A stretch of DNA of 64,000 nucleotides from Octopus vulgaris (lineage: Eukaryota). Under the pieces are notes generated by a model. It had not been told where the DNA came from. It saw only the letters and a list, made by a program, of their open reading frames with translations, and searched no databases. Positions 36,849-49,431 of the stretch are shown piece by piece. Within the stretch, counting starts at the first letter, position 1. Every line of letters starts with the position of its first letter. The position numbers and the translations under genes were made by a program. Location of the stretch: NCBI GenBank assembly GCA_951406725.2, contig OX597814.1:62248001-62312000 (forward strand). Reading direction: 5' to 3'.

Positions 36849-39800
36849 CAGGGTTGCCAATATAGCATATTTTATGCTAGATCTAGCATTTAGCAGAAAA
36901 TTTTTGAATCTAGCATTTAGCAGGGGAAATAGCAGGTTTAACATTTTATTTAGCATTTTTCTCTGATCTTGACATTTCCACAATAGTTACCCTTTTTTTT
37001 TCTTTTTCCTCCTTTTCTACTTTCGTTAATGTATTTTATAGCCAAATTTTAGTACTATTGGCTATTGATGAATTTTTCTTTCACTTTCTTGAAACTTCAA
37101 ATGAAAGTTTATCAAGTTATGAACTTTTCCAGCCCCCATCCCTGCTTGGATACAGAGTGGTGCCGGTGGGGGGAGGAGGGAGTTGAGAAGATAATTCTTG
37201 TCAGCACCTGAACTCACTACACAATAACGTAAATATTTTGCTAAGAACGAAAGCATAGAAATTCGTCCTGTAGCATACGCTTAGTGAAATTCTCTCTCTC
37301 TCTCTCTCTGTTATATATACATGAATACAGACGTAGTAGATAACAGCTAGCCTTCGGCCGTTCTTTTGCACCCTGTTGTGTCCACTACTCGGATTGGTTG
37401 GTATTGGCGCAATTTGTCCCTTGCTCTATTACATGCCAATATGCAACTCGACCAATTGCAGCCTTCTGACAAGGTCATGTGAGACAGTCTTTTCTAAACC
37501 TCAGTTTGCACCAACTGTTCGCTATAAAAAGTTAGCTTCAACACTGTCTTTTTTTTTTCGGTTCTAGACCTTTTTAGGTCTAACCACTCACCACAGAGCA
37601 CACAGCCACTTCCAGCGACACACCACAGCAGCCACATGGAGATTCCAGCAGCATTCAGGACCCCATCTCCATTGCCTTCATCTTAATGTCATCAACAACA
37701 TCTCTCTACGTACACAGCAACACTCGCACAGGTTCTATCTCCTCATTGTTTGTGAATTCTTCACCATGGTTAACTGCAAGTACTCCTGTAACAACTCAAC
37801 CGGCTCTGCATAGTAGCCACAGCTTCCCGCACGACATGTGCCTCAATCGGTTCTGCATTGCAGCCACAACTTCTTGTTACAGCACTTCAACTATTGTGTA
37901 CCTTGACTACGAATTGGTATTTATCATCCTTGTGTCTGAACATTCTTCTAATGTCATATTATAGACTCTTTCAATGCTCTGTACTTATCGCACATGCATA
38001 CATCCCTGTTTGTACACATACACTTTGTATACTTGATGGCCTCTCTGTTATTATGCATATATGATGCACACACAGACATACATGTTAACCTATCAATAAA
38101 GTCTTCTCTTAACATTCTGCCGGTTGTGTCTCTCTTTCCCTTCTGGCACTTGTACTCCTTCATACTTTTTGTAGTTATTGTAATCTACTGTGTGGTGTAC
38201 TAAAGGAGCCATTCATCGTCACCTCTCCTTCACACAGTCGTTCTACAGTCCTAACAATGCTTTATCCTGTAGTGATGAGTTTCTATCATGGCAGGTTGAC
38301 TGATTTACTTTCAGTTTGACTGTTTTAAAACAGGCCTGTGTGTTTTGAAGCTTGTTTTGGATTATATATCTTGTATAGAAGTACGGGAGTGGCGGGATCT
38401 CCCCCTTTATATTTCTACTTACTTTTTTCTTCAAGTACTGTAGCTATATTTGTGGTTTTACCAATAGATATTAAATGTAAGACTGGAAGCGAAATATGAT
38501 GTTCCCAGGTTTATATCAGAATACAGTTTTAGGGTTCTGCAGATTTTACTTTTCCATTTATAAGTTGGCCATCCTGCATTATGAATCAGTATTCTTTACC
38601 TCCAGAATTTGTAAGCAGCAAACGTAAGAATTGTTTATAACGAATGAAAGATTTGTTAAAGGCAAACTAAGTTGTGTTTTCAATTTTATATTTTTATTAA
38701 TCATTCAATTTATTTTCTTGCTTCCCATTACATTATAATGAGCAAAGTAAAAACAAAGTTGTACCAGCAAGAATTCCCAGAGGAATGGCTTAAATGCCAG
38801 CGTTTACTAAGATGTAATATGTTGGCAAAATATTCTCTTTTAGTAAGCCACTGTGAAGCAAAGAAACATAAGGCATCAACTCCACAGCAAATGATTCCTC
38901 TTACTAATTTTATTAAAACCAAAAATGATAAGACATCTATGCTTGAAGCAAATTTAGCAATGTTTATTTGTTACCACTCATCATTTAATAGCTGTGATCA
39001 CTTAATAGAGTTATGTAAGAATTATATGTCTGATAATGATATTACATCCAAAGTGAAGTACAACAGGTATAAAATGTGCAAATGTCGTGAGAAATGTCCT
39101 AGCTCCATATTTTGATGGAGATTTGATTTCTGATATAGGAGATAGAAAATTTAGCCTGTTATTAGATGAATCCAATGTTAGGAATTATTATCATATATTA
39201 TAATGATACTTACTAAAAAGTGGTACATACATATCTCAGTATAGTATCTTTAGAAACATGTGGTGCTATGCAACATTTCAAAAAGTGAATTTTCCCTGTC
39301 TTAGAAGCAATGCATTTAAATTAAGAAAAAATTGCTTTAAGTGAAATTCAGTTTAATAGCATTCATTTAGTTAAATGGACAAATACGTCTAATACTAAGG
39401 CATTCTGGCTGGAAGTCTTGAATATAAAGATCATACAGGAGGAGATCCTTTTAGAGATGTTGCAAATTTTGCCATTAATCTATTGACATTGCCAAAGCCA
39501 AATGCACAAGTTGAACGGTTGTTCAGTAGTATGGGTGTAATCAAATCAAAATCGAAAAACAAAATGCACCTTCCTATGCTTAGATCAATACTGTCTGTAA
39601 AATATGGCAAATGTTGCAAAAACTTCGATATTCCAAAACACATAATTAACAAGATTGGGACCCTGAATGTATACAGAAGTTAAGACCTAGGCTGAAAGTG
39701 ATCAAAATCAATGAAATTGAAGAAATTATTTTCCAATCCTGGGTATAATTAAAGAAAGTAAAAAAAATTATGCTTTTTGATATAATTATTCTTTAGCATT

Positions 39801-39863
39801 TTTTAGGTATATTTTTTCTACTGAAATTTAACATAAAATTCTGATTTTAAGTTGGCAACACAG
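36849..39863 (+). mobile_element. hAT DNA transposon, internally deleted
   Basis: TIRs CAGGGTTGCCAA / GTTGGCAACACAG with 8-bp TSD TGGCCAGC/TGGCCGGT. Transposase remnants at 38738-39683 include FSLLLDESN and the dimerization motif LPKPNAQVERLFSSMGVIKSKSKNKM. Confidence 0.85.
37332..38247 (+). mobile_element. Candidate solo LTR nested in the hAT element
   Basis: (C)GTAG...CTACA ends, TATAAAAA at ~37523 and AATAAA at ~38095. No clean TSD found. Confidence 0.4.
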
Positions 39864-39914
39864 TGGCCGGTCAAAACTATTCTAAGGCAAAACGTCAATA
39901 ACATCCCATCACTA

Positions 39915-40130
39915 TCGCCTACTGCGCATGCGTACAGGTAAGCAACATTTCGATATTTTCGTCATGTGTATATATAAAGAAAAAATTATCTCTAATTTTA
40001 TAATCGCAAGCACGCACAAACAACCCATTAGCTTTCTTCTCCTCCGCACATTTTAGCAACTGTCACGGAGGTCACGAAGATATCCGAAGTGAATTGTCGA
40101 GTTGTCACGGAAACAACCGAGGTTTCGTTT
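39915..40130 (+). promoter_or_regulatory. Putative PNKP promoter / 5' region
   Basis: CpG-retaining patch with NRF1 consensus TGCGCATGCG (39923-39932) and RFX X-box-like GTTGTCACGGAAAC (40101-40114). There is a possible donor CAG/GTAAGC at 39938 and a possible acceptor TTTTGAAG at 40900, just before the ATG. Confidence 0.5.
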
Positions 40131-40911
40131 TGGTCTCGTCGAGTCAAATCGAAGGAATGCCGAAGCTTTAATAAAGGAAATTAACTTAAATTTATTAATA
40201 TCAAACCTTATCTAATACAGAATTTTAAAAATATTGTCATTTATATTTCCAACGCACTGAAGCTCAAAATCCACTATAATCCAAATTTAATCCCAAATCC
40301 TGTATAATCCAAAATCTGCTATACATGTGCTGTCACACACACTTGTATATGTGTGTACTGTTTTACAATTATATTATTTTAAAATGAACTATAGAAAATT
40401 AAAAAAAGTTATCCCTTATCATAAGATATAATGCGATTAAAATGAAAAGCAAAGGAATTTCAATTAAAAAAAAATGATTAAGTAAAAGCACAATAAGTAA
40501 AAAGAAGATAACAAACAGTAAACATTGATTGAAAACACGTGGAAATATTATTTTTAAAGAACGAATTTGACGCATTACGTCAAAGTTATGCCCCTTAGAT
40601 GATTCTTGACGTGCAGTTATAAACTGTTCTATAAAAGAAAGTTTGTTTCCTTTTGAATTTCACATGCTCTCTCTCTTTCTTCTGTATGAAGTATCAAAAA
40701 CTTGTTTATTCTAAAACAGAAGTGAATATATACATTTCAAAGTAATTGGAATTATTTTCTTATTAATATTATTAATTTTCTTCCAATCTGTCTTCTAGTA
40801 CGTAGTGCTGAGGGCACTTTACACCTAATAATTTAGATGAAATTAACTTGCTTCATCATAATTGCAGACTGATATTATAAGTATCATTTATATTTTGAAG
40901 GATTTTATACG

Positions 40912-41047
40912 ATGAAGTTTGACTCCTGTGAACTTGTATGTCTCAGAGGAACTCACCGTCCCATTCCTTTGCCACATAGAGAGACCGTAATAATTGGACG
41001 AACGAAACAAACTCTAATATCCGATCCACGATGTTCTCGAGAGCAAC
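40912..41047 (+). CDS. PNKP: PNKP coding exon 1 (FHA N-half)
   Basis: MKFDSCELVCLRGTHRPIPLPHRETVIIGRTKQTLISDPRCSREQ plus 1 nt, GTAAGT donor. PNKP/APTX-type FHA motifs IGR and CSR. Confidence 0.9.
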
Positions 41048-41830
41048 GTAAGTAAAACTTATTTAACTTACTGGTGCCTGTCATTTTCCCTTTAAGCCTC
41101 GGTGCACCCGTAACTTCATTTATTGTTTTAGTTCATCGACACTAGTCCTAATCCAAACAAAAAGATAATTAAATGTTTGTTAGTGTTCGATAAAGTAAAA
41201 TAAACGAAGTAAAAGACGATGCACAAGATTCTCACCAATGCGTGTGTTGTGTTAACGAATATTTGCTGAATCAGTGTTATTTTAACCCCGTAACAAATGT
41301 GTTTGCTGAGCTATAAAATGGCTTAACCAGTACTTGTTACCTATACACATCACATGTTTTACCAAAATAGTGACAGTCTCACAATATGTACAAAGCTAAT
41401 TAAGTTCTGAAACCTCTTATTTTATACATCTCTTTCTCCCCCATCCATACATGGTTGTATAGCAAAAATCATTGGGTTTTATATACAATCATTTTAACCT
41501 GTTTGCCATCTCAAACCTTTTTAAGCGAGGCTAATTCCAAAAGTTTGAGATTGCAGGTTACCATTATAGAAGTTAGTGACTTTTCTATTCAGTGCATGAA
41601 TTTTAGCCTTTTTCTTTTTACCTCCGCCAAGGAAGGCGGTTATGTTTTTTAAAAAAAAAATGTAACTCCAAAATCGAAATGTGTTTTTCGAAATTTTACC
41701 GGTGAATGTGTTAAATTATAACACCCAAAAAGAAAATGACTCTCTCCAGACACAACAGAACAGATTTTGATTTTACTTTACTTTAATTTTTTTTTATAGT
41801 CACCAACAAAAGAAATGTTATTTTCATATA

Positions 41831-43493
41831 CAGGGTATAACAGGTAAATTGGGACCATTTAAATATCTTTAATATTATTGGTATAATCAAAAATCAAACA
41901 CTGCAAGTTTTATGTTTATGTCAATTTATTGTGGAGTGTTCAGCACTTATTTCAGTTCAATATGACCGTCATTTGCTTTCGTTATCAGTTCAATCTGTTT
42001 ACAAAATGATATGCATGTCTTGACTATTTCTTTTTTCATTTTACTGAATGCTCGCTTGTTCGAAGACACAGTTGTGAGAAGTTGCGTTGGATATTGCTTC
42101 AGCAGCGCCCCATAGCCAAAACTCACGGATTCAAATCGGGCGAGCTAGAGGGCCAGATATCCTTAGGGTGAAGCGGGCTGGATGAAAGATGTGATATCAC
42201 GTCAATATGATGTAGCTCACTACTAAATATAGCGTGTAGATGTAACGCTTAAAGGTTCTTGCGTCCGAGTAACCAGTAAACATCGAAGAATCAGCATCAA
42301 GAAGAAATATTATTTACATATATTTATTCGTTTGCTCGACAGGTAGTTAAAGAGAAACTAGCAATTCTAGTGATAGTAACACGATTGGCTCGCTGGTTAA
42401 TAGTTGATAGTGTAGAAGTTGTTGTCAGTAGAGAGTGAAAGAGTAAAGAATGCATGGTGCTGACTAAAAGGAAGAAAAGATAAAGGTGGCATCGTCTTTC
42501 TTGCGGCCGAAAGGAAAGTGCAGCTCTTGGTCATGGTTGACGCAAAAGCGTGTTGCTCGTTGGTCTGGCTGATACAAAAGAGGTAGAGATAGGAAATGTT
42601 CTGTGTTATATAGACTATGGTCAGTAATGTAGGTCAAACCCCAAGCAAAGGACTGACCTTTCCTTGACCAGCATAGGTCCTTAGGTATCAAGTGCTTCCT
42701 CATCAATCATCTGGTGTGGAGAGGATTTCCCTCCCCTCCCGCTCGTTTTGATAAGCAACAAGCAGGTGGATCTGGTTTCAAATCCCAGGCAGAGTTATGC
42801 GAGGTCCCTACAAGGGACGAACATGGGTAATTTCTTTTTCAAAAATTCTTGCACTCTTTCCGAAGAATGGGCTGGTGCAGAGTCTTGATTCAACTTGCAT
42901 CATAATGTTTCCTAATCCAAAGCAACGAAACTTCTAAGATTTTGAGATACTCTGCTATGTTGATTTTAAGAACTGCTTCAATAAAATGAGGAGGCATCAG
43001 TTTCCCTTTACTTGCAGCAGCTCCAAATACCATAATGGAAGCCAGATTCTCCCTATTCATAGCTGACGGAACTTGGGAAGGGTCGATGGTTTGCAACTTT
43101 GTCTATCATGAACTTCTTTTCATCAATGAAGATGTGGCTGTCTCCACCATAATATTTCAGGTGATTAAGAAGTTTGGGACTTCTTTTAGCTTGAATAGTT
43201 TTGGAGCGAGTAGTTAGGGTGTTGCAGTGTCTCCTCACATACAATAAATCTAAAAGCAGTGGATTCGGCATACTTTGTGGTTCTAACAATCTCTCTGTCA
43301 CTTTTGTTGGCATGGAATAATTCAACAATTACACTTCTACAGTTGAATGCTTTATTAACATTCATAGTTTGCTCAATCTGAAATACAAAAGAGTACAAGT
43401 GATTATTCAAGCTGGTAATAGTCAAAATTTAGACTCCACCAAATTAGAAATATACCCATTTGGAATTTGTCCCAATTTACCTGTTACACTCTG
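41831..43493 (-). mobile_element. maT/DD37D (Tc1-mariner) transposon interrupted by a solo LTR
   Basis: TIRs CAG(G/A)GT(A/G)TAACAGGTAAATTGGGAC, TA TSD. Motifs FIDEKKF and ASIMVFGAAAS..LMPPHFIE; FVP/KDIWPSSSPDLNP is restored across the insertion. Confidence 0.85.
42169..42812 (-). mobile_element. Solo LTR, 644 bp
   Basis: TG...CA termini with exact 4-bp TSD AGGG. Minus-strand TATA and AATAAA. Homologous to 22741-24588. Confidence 0.85.
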
Positions 43494-44259
43494 TATAACA
43501 TATAAACATGTATATAAGATTTTGATGGCAAATTCTTAAATTAGCTTAAACATTTATTTACATGAAAGAAAATTACTGGAGAACTTTCTCCTAATTCTTC
43601 CAAATCTTTCTGTTAATCTGTAGTGAAATCATTTGTGGGGAAGAGAGAAACTTAAAAAAAACCTCCCCTCACAAAACCCAACAATGTAACACCAAACGCT
43701 TCAACTGGTCGCTCACCACAAGGTTCAACAGAACCTACTGCAGCAAGCCAGTATGCTTGCAGCATTACCACGGGCAATGACGAGGCTAAGGCGTTGCAAG
43801 AGCCAAGCACCCAATGGGCATCAATTGACACTTTGGTGAGGTGAGTTACCCATGGCTAATGGCCCAGTCCCTCTGTAGGCACAGTTACCTCCCTTGATAG
43901 CGGCTGGCTAATAGAAGGCACACGCAGCATTAAGGTTCAAACACTCACCTCTTCCTCTTTTGGGATCTAAATGTCGTAGAGCAAGAACATAATCTAGTTT
44001 GCTCTCTTACAACATGCAGCGACTAGCAGACAATGCACAGGAGAAGATCATGGCCTACACGCATCAAACCATTTCCATTTGTCATTTAACTTGTATATAT
44101 ATATATATATATGTGAAGCTGACATTAAAAGTATTTAAGGTTACAGCTTTGTTTTATGTATTTCTTTGTACCATGTTCCTAACAAATGGTATTACAGTCT
44201 TCTGAGTAGTGTCATATTTAGATAGCTCCACAACCATGATACAAACAGGCTATCTAAAA

Positions 44260-45620
44260 TGGTGACCCAAAGCAGCATACACCACAATTCCTTCTAAAAT
44301 CGTGAACCCCAGACGAATTTCTGACCAGTGGATACGTATTCCTTTTTCTCCTTCTTGACTTCATCTACATGACCAGACTGCCATTCATCGTATAGGAACA
44401 TACCACCGATCTCACTTGTTGCCATATTGTCTTCACCAGAAAATTTTGGTGCCATTTTCAAGCAGGAAACTGCACATCATTTCCCCCTTGTGTTGTAACT
44501 GAATTTACAACTTGATCCTTTGAAGATACAGCTTCCCAGGGGAATTTTCTTCTTGCATGTAAAAAAAAATTATCTGGAATTTTCTCCAGAATACACATGG
44601 ACAACAATTTTTCCTACATGGCAGGTATGAGTTTCTCTCTCACTCAACCCTACCTGGATTATCCATGTGTTGGCCATGTTTTGTTTTCATCCTCTTCTAC
44701 TGAAAAAAAAAAATTCCTAGTTCGATACGCATTGTGTCTTCTTTCAACTAGGATGCTTTGACTGCTATTTCTAATGGCATTTCTTTCAACCAGCTTGGCG
44801 TTCCGTTCCTATTATCGTCAAGATGAGTCCTTTTCCTTTGCTTCAATGTGTTTCTTCGTCCTCCTCTTGAGCTTATACTTCTGCTCCAGACAACATGCAA
44901 TCCTCTGAAATCTTGCGGGCCATTGCAGAACTGACCCGTCAAGTTGCACCATTTGTTTTCACAGAATTATTTTGCATGGAGAACTGGATGTTGTTCTTTC
45001 TCATGCGGACATGCGCCTCTGGCTTCATCAATTTGCTGGTACCATAGGAAATTTAAGGATCAGGCCGAAAAGTGTAAACAGCCATGCTCTTGCTCTTCTC
45101 AGGGAAACTAGGCAGGGAGGTGCTGGGCATGACAGTTGTCTCCCCCATTGATTCACCTTACTGTGCATTTTTCAGCTGAGGTGCTATTTCTTCAAAGTCC
45201 TTTATGGTGGACAGAGGTGCCAGTGTAAGCATTTGGCTCTGGAGATTTACTTCCACCAATTCTGGTCTTTTCGACATCTCTCTCTGTGTGGTAAATCACT
45301 CTACTATCAAAACCTATGGACAAATCTCTCTTACCCTGGATTTATCACGAAGTGGGGATTTCAAGTAGATCTTCATCATTGCAGACCTGCCCTGTCCCAT
45401 TCTTGGTGCTGATTTCTTACATCACTATTCTCTCCTTGTGGATGTTAGAGGATGCTGACTCATTGATGACACCACTTCACTTGCTGTCTCCGGAAAGGAT
45501 TCTTCTCTTCTAGTTGTGGGCTCTTCTTTCTTCGTGACTCCTACCACCAGTTACTCACTTTGTTTCTAGAGTTGACTGATTTGTCATTTCATCTGTCAAA
45601 TCCAGCCTATTCCACGCAAC
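44260..45620 (+). mobile_element. Ty3/gypsy gag-protease remnant
   Basis: PBS-like TGGTGACCC at 44260, Zn knuckle CWYHRKFKDQAEKCKQPC at ~45034, and protease remnants MVDRGASVS and IFIIADLPCPILGADFLHHYSLLVD. Confidence 0.8.
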
Positions 45621-45841
45621 AAAATCAATTCCAGGTGAGAATGCGTGGGAACGCGCATTTGTATGCGCAAGTACATCAGTCAAAATCTGTCTTTTGCTGG
45701 TGTCTCAAATTTAGGTTAAATCAGTGTTTCTCAAAGGGGAGGCCTATGGGACGGTCAGACAAGTTGTTTTGAGAAAATTTGGTTTAAATGTTTGACAACT
45801 CAGCACCGTCCCTTGGATGGGGGGCATTTTGCTCGTATATA

Positions 45842-46044
45842 TATTGGAGCTTCCTGCATGAATGCCAAGCAGTACAGCATGTAGTTTCCAAATCTCTGGC
45901 AATGTGAATTGTGTCATGGTGCTGTTTTCTCAAAGACAGTGCCCAACTGACCCTACTACACTGTATAGTTGACAAACTCAAAAACAAACAATGAGCATAC
46001 ACAAAATTAAAGATATAAAATGGCGACAATTTACCCGTCACACC

Positions 46045-46087
<43 letters not shown>

Positions 46088-46729
46088 TGCAGGAAGCTCC
46101 AATACGAACAGATGGTGAACACACAGAACAGCCGTTGGCTTGCTGTCTCCCCAAAACATGTACTGAGAGTGATAAAAATCAAACATCTACTCAACATCAT
46201 GGTATTTTGAGTGACCACTAGTAATGGTGACATAATGCCTCCATTCATCTTTCCTCATGGCCTCAGACTCAACTTGGAAGCCTACATCAAGTGCCTGGAG
46301 GAAGTAGTCTGATGCACTATGCCACACAAGCAGGAGAACCCAGTCATGGCTGTCAATTTCTGTGACCAAATTACCCCTAACATCTGGCCATTTAACTCCC
46401 TAGACTGCAACCTCCTTGATTATTATATGTTGGGTACAGTTGAGCGAGAGACCAACAAAACTCCTAGTAACACCAAAGATGAATTGAAGGCAAGGATTAT
46501 GACAGCATTCACCAACTTAAACAAGGAGACCATCCAGAAGAGTTGCAGGGAATTCCGAAGTCGTCTGGAGGTCATGGTTGAAGCCAATGGTGATTTTATT
46601 GAATAATTTTACTCTTCAGTATTTCAAGATATTTTTGTGTAATTTTGGTAAATATATCTGTTAAAATGAGATGTCAGTGTTATTTTCATTTTTGTGTAAT
46701 TTAGACGGTAGTTTTTTCACTGCACACTG
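45842..46729 (+). mobile_element. maT/DD37D element with inverted 5' end
   Basis: Transposase 3' part (NIWPFNSLDCNLLDYYMLG...VEANGDFIE) and right TIR on plus. The 5' ~200 bp including the left TIR is reversed at 45842-46047. Confidence 0.8.
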
Positions 46730-48075
46730 TATACACACACACACACACACACACATAAACAGAGGTGGACTGGGTCTAGAAATATTAGTGGCCAGGCGAC
46801 AAAGGGGGCCCACCCACAACTACAATGCTGTCATTTAATTTTTATAACAAATGAATAAAATTTTCAAAAATTACATAACTGGAAACAAAAAGGTGAAATT
46901 TAAAATATTTATGGTAAAAAAATGTACATCTTACATTAATTATAGTGTATATGTACTATGCATGTTACTGGCAGTATACAGTATTCCCAAGTTTAAAAAA
47001 AAAATGTTATTGAGTTTTAAATATTTTAGTGCATGTATAGTATACTTCTGTTTTGAAAGTATACTGTTATTTTGCAATTTTTTAAACCAAACTGAAGATA
47101 AAGCCCAATAAATGTATAAATCAATTTCAGTATTTTTAATGCAGACTTTTTACTTTCAAAGAAGTACCTGTGTTTCTTATATAAAATCACATATACATGA
47201 TTTGTTTGTTTGCTCTTTACTAGAGTGTGTGGAAGATAGATAGATAGATAGATAGTTAGGTAGTATTATCACCATAGTAACTAACAAGTATTGATTAAAA
47301 ATGTAGGTATTTTAAGTCTGTCAATACAACCTAACAACAACAACCTGTCATAGTGAAAGTCTTTTTTTAAAGTCTGTGTTGTGTTGTCTGAATCATGTTT
47401 TGTAATGCATGTTAAAAATATGGAGTGGAAATCTTGATAAAAATGTGGAAATTCCAACTTATATGGCACAGCTATTCTGAAAGTCCACATTTCCCCAGTA
47501 ATGGGTGGTGGGGCACAATGAGTAATATTTACTGCATTTTTGACTTTCAGAAAATATTTTTTGCAAAACCTTACAAAATCTCTATCAGCTAAGCAAATTA
47601 TCTTCTCTAAATGCATTAAGGACATAACATATCCAGAATACTATTTTAGAAAATTACCTCTGTTCTTTCTCTAATGAAATGACTGTTGTGAGGAATCCAG
47701 TTACTTTTATAATGTTCCGATACTTTTCTGTTGTTTTCTGCATGCAAAAAGGATGAACTTTTACTTAAAATTTCAATGACAGTTCACTCTGATAAATTAA
47801 ACTGAATGCAATAAAAGCACTCCAAGAACAGAAAAATAATCTACATTAATAAAATTGATTTGATGAGACTGACATGTCAGTTTATCAGTACATGTCAGTC
47901 TGGCATAGTTAGTTCACCCTCCTCCTCCTTTGACTAGCCCTACAAAGATTTTAGTGTTCCAATAAACTTTCTTGACAGGTAAACTTTTTACTTGGTCATG
48001 TCATGATAATTTTAATCGTTATATAAATCTGTACCTAACACCAATTCTATAGTATTTGTCCTTTTTATTTTCCAG

Positions 48076-48473
48076 TTGAAATTTGTGCAGATTGGGAAAG
48101 TGGAGAAGTTCTAATAAAACAGATAGGCAGCAATAATTCTGCAGTTGATGACAAAGAATTGAATAAAGGAGAAATCACTCGATTGCCTAATAATGCAACT
48201 CTTTATATTCTTAGTGGTGAATATCCTCATATTGTTAAAGTTAAGCATCACTACACTAATAAAGTAACAGCTGGATGTTCAGGCAAAAGGCATTCTTCAG
48301 ATACTGACAATGAGAAATTTTCAGTACCAGCAAAAAAATCTAAACTTCAAAAAGAAATCCACAGCAGTAAAGACAAAGAAAGTATCCCCGCAAAAGTAAA
48401 ATCTACAAAATCGAAAGATCTAAAGAATAAGCACAGAAGTGATAAAGTAAAAGGTGAAATCCAAGTTAATGAG
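48076..48473 (+). CDS. PNKP: PNKP coding exon 2 (FHA C-half and linker)
   Basis: TTTTCCAG acceptor; phase-1 join gives LEICADWESGEVLIKQIGSNNSAVD...LYILSGEYPH, then a K/S-rich linker; GAG/GTATTT donor. Confidence 0.88.
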
Positions 48474-49014
48474 GTATTTCTATGTTTTAAATCTTATTGA
48501 AACATTTTTCCTATTAATTAAATTTTTTGTTGTTGTTTTCTTTTCAGTATCATTTTCTCATGCATTGTTCTTTGATTAATTTTCTAAAATCTTCTCATTT
48601 CATTTAGTTGAAAGAGACAAGACATGATATTCTTGTCTCTTTCAATTACATGAAGATACAATCAATGTTCATACTAAGGAAATAATCTTTCACATACTCT
48701 CTTTTGTTATGAGCAACATTAGAAGTTAAAACTTTCAAAGATGCTACTAATGAGTATACACTCATTGACAATCTTTCTGGTGAACTCACATTTATAACAA
48801 AGCACTGTTTTTCAAAGACTAGTCTTCCTCTTTAAAGACAGAAAATGTTTTACTTGTGAACTGTTGCTGATGATCTATTTATTAACCTCAAGTGAGGCCC
48901 ATGTTAGAATACTACTGCTGTACACAAAATATGCTTCAATGTAAAGGAGTCAATCGTTTCAAAAAACCAGTACGTAATTTACATAAACATTAAACAAATA
49001 TCTGTAAAAATTAA

Positions 49015-49212
49015 CCCTTTAGCATTCAGATTCATTCACATTATTTTGAATTAATCATGCATTATCTTGAAGCTTCAAGATTATGATTTATGTGATTTAT
49101 TTATTTTTACAATGACATTGTAGAGTAGGTGTGTGAAGCCAAATCTGGCTAGTTTGAATACAAAACAAGTAGAATATTTGGGCCGGATATGGTTGGTTTA
49201 AATACTGAAGGG
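49015..49212. mobile_element. piggyBac-type MITE (second copy)
   Basis: TTAA-CCCTTTAGCATTCA...AATACTGAAGGG-TTAA, in the opposite orientation to 27835. Confidence 0.8.
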
Positions 49213-49257
49213 TTAAATGCTAATTATTTTATGTATCTACATGAATTTACTTTGAAG

Positions 49258-49431
49258 GTGTCAAGTGTGCAGAACAAATCTAAAAAAACCAAACATGAAT
49301 CTGAATCTCTCCCTACAAATTCAGAGTCTTCTGATCAGACAAAAACTGCTCCTCCTTGTCCATCGTCTAGGTGGAATCAATTCAGTCACTTAATGGTATA
49401 TACCAAAAAGGGAACTTACAGCCGAAAGAAG
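49258..49431 (+). CDS. PNKP: PNKP coding exon 3 (linker and phosphatase start)
   Basis: VSSVQNKSKK...RWNQFSHLMVYTKKGTYSRKK, AAG/GTAAGT donor. The acceptor TTTGAAG is weak, so the 5' boundary is less certain. Confidence 0.78.

Noticed and set aside
38672-39683. Domesticated hAT-derived host gene
   Set aside because: Frameshifts, a large internal deletion and retained TIR/TSD indicate a dead transposon.
18654-40912. Shared bidirectional promoter for Miro and PNKP
   Set aside because: The genes are divergent but ~22 kb apart, each with its own CpG/NRF1-like patch.
40912-48473. Aprataxin (APTX) assignment from FHA similarity
   Set aside because: Downstream in-phase exons encode the DxDGT phosphatase of PNKP, not a HIT domain.
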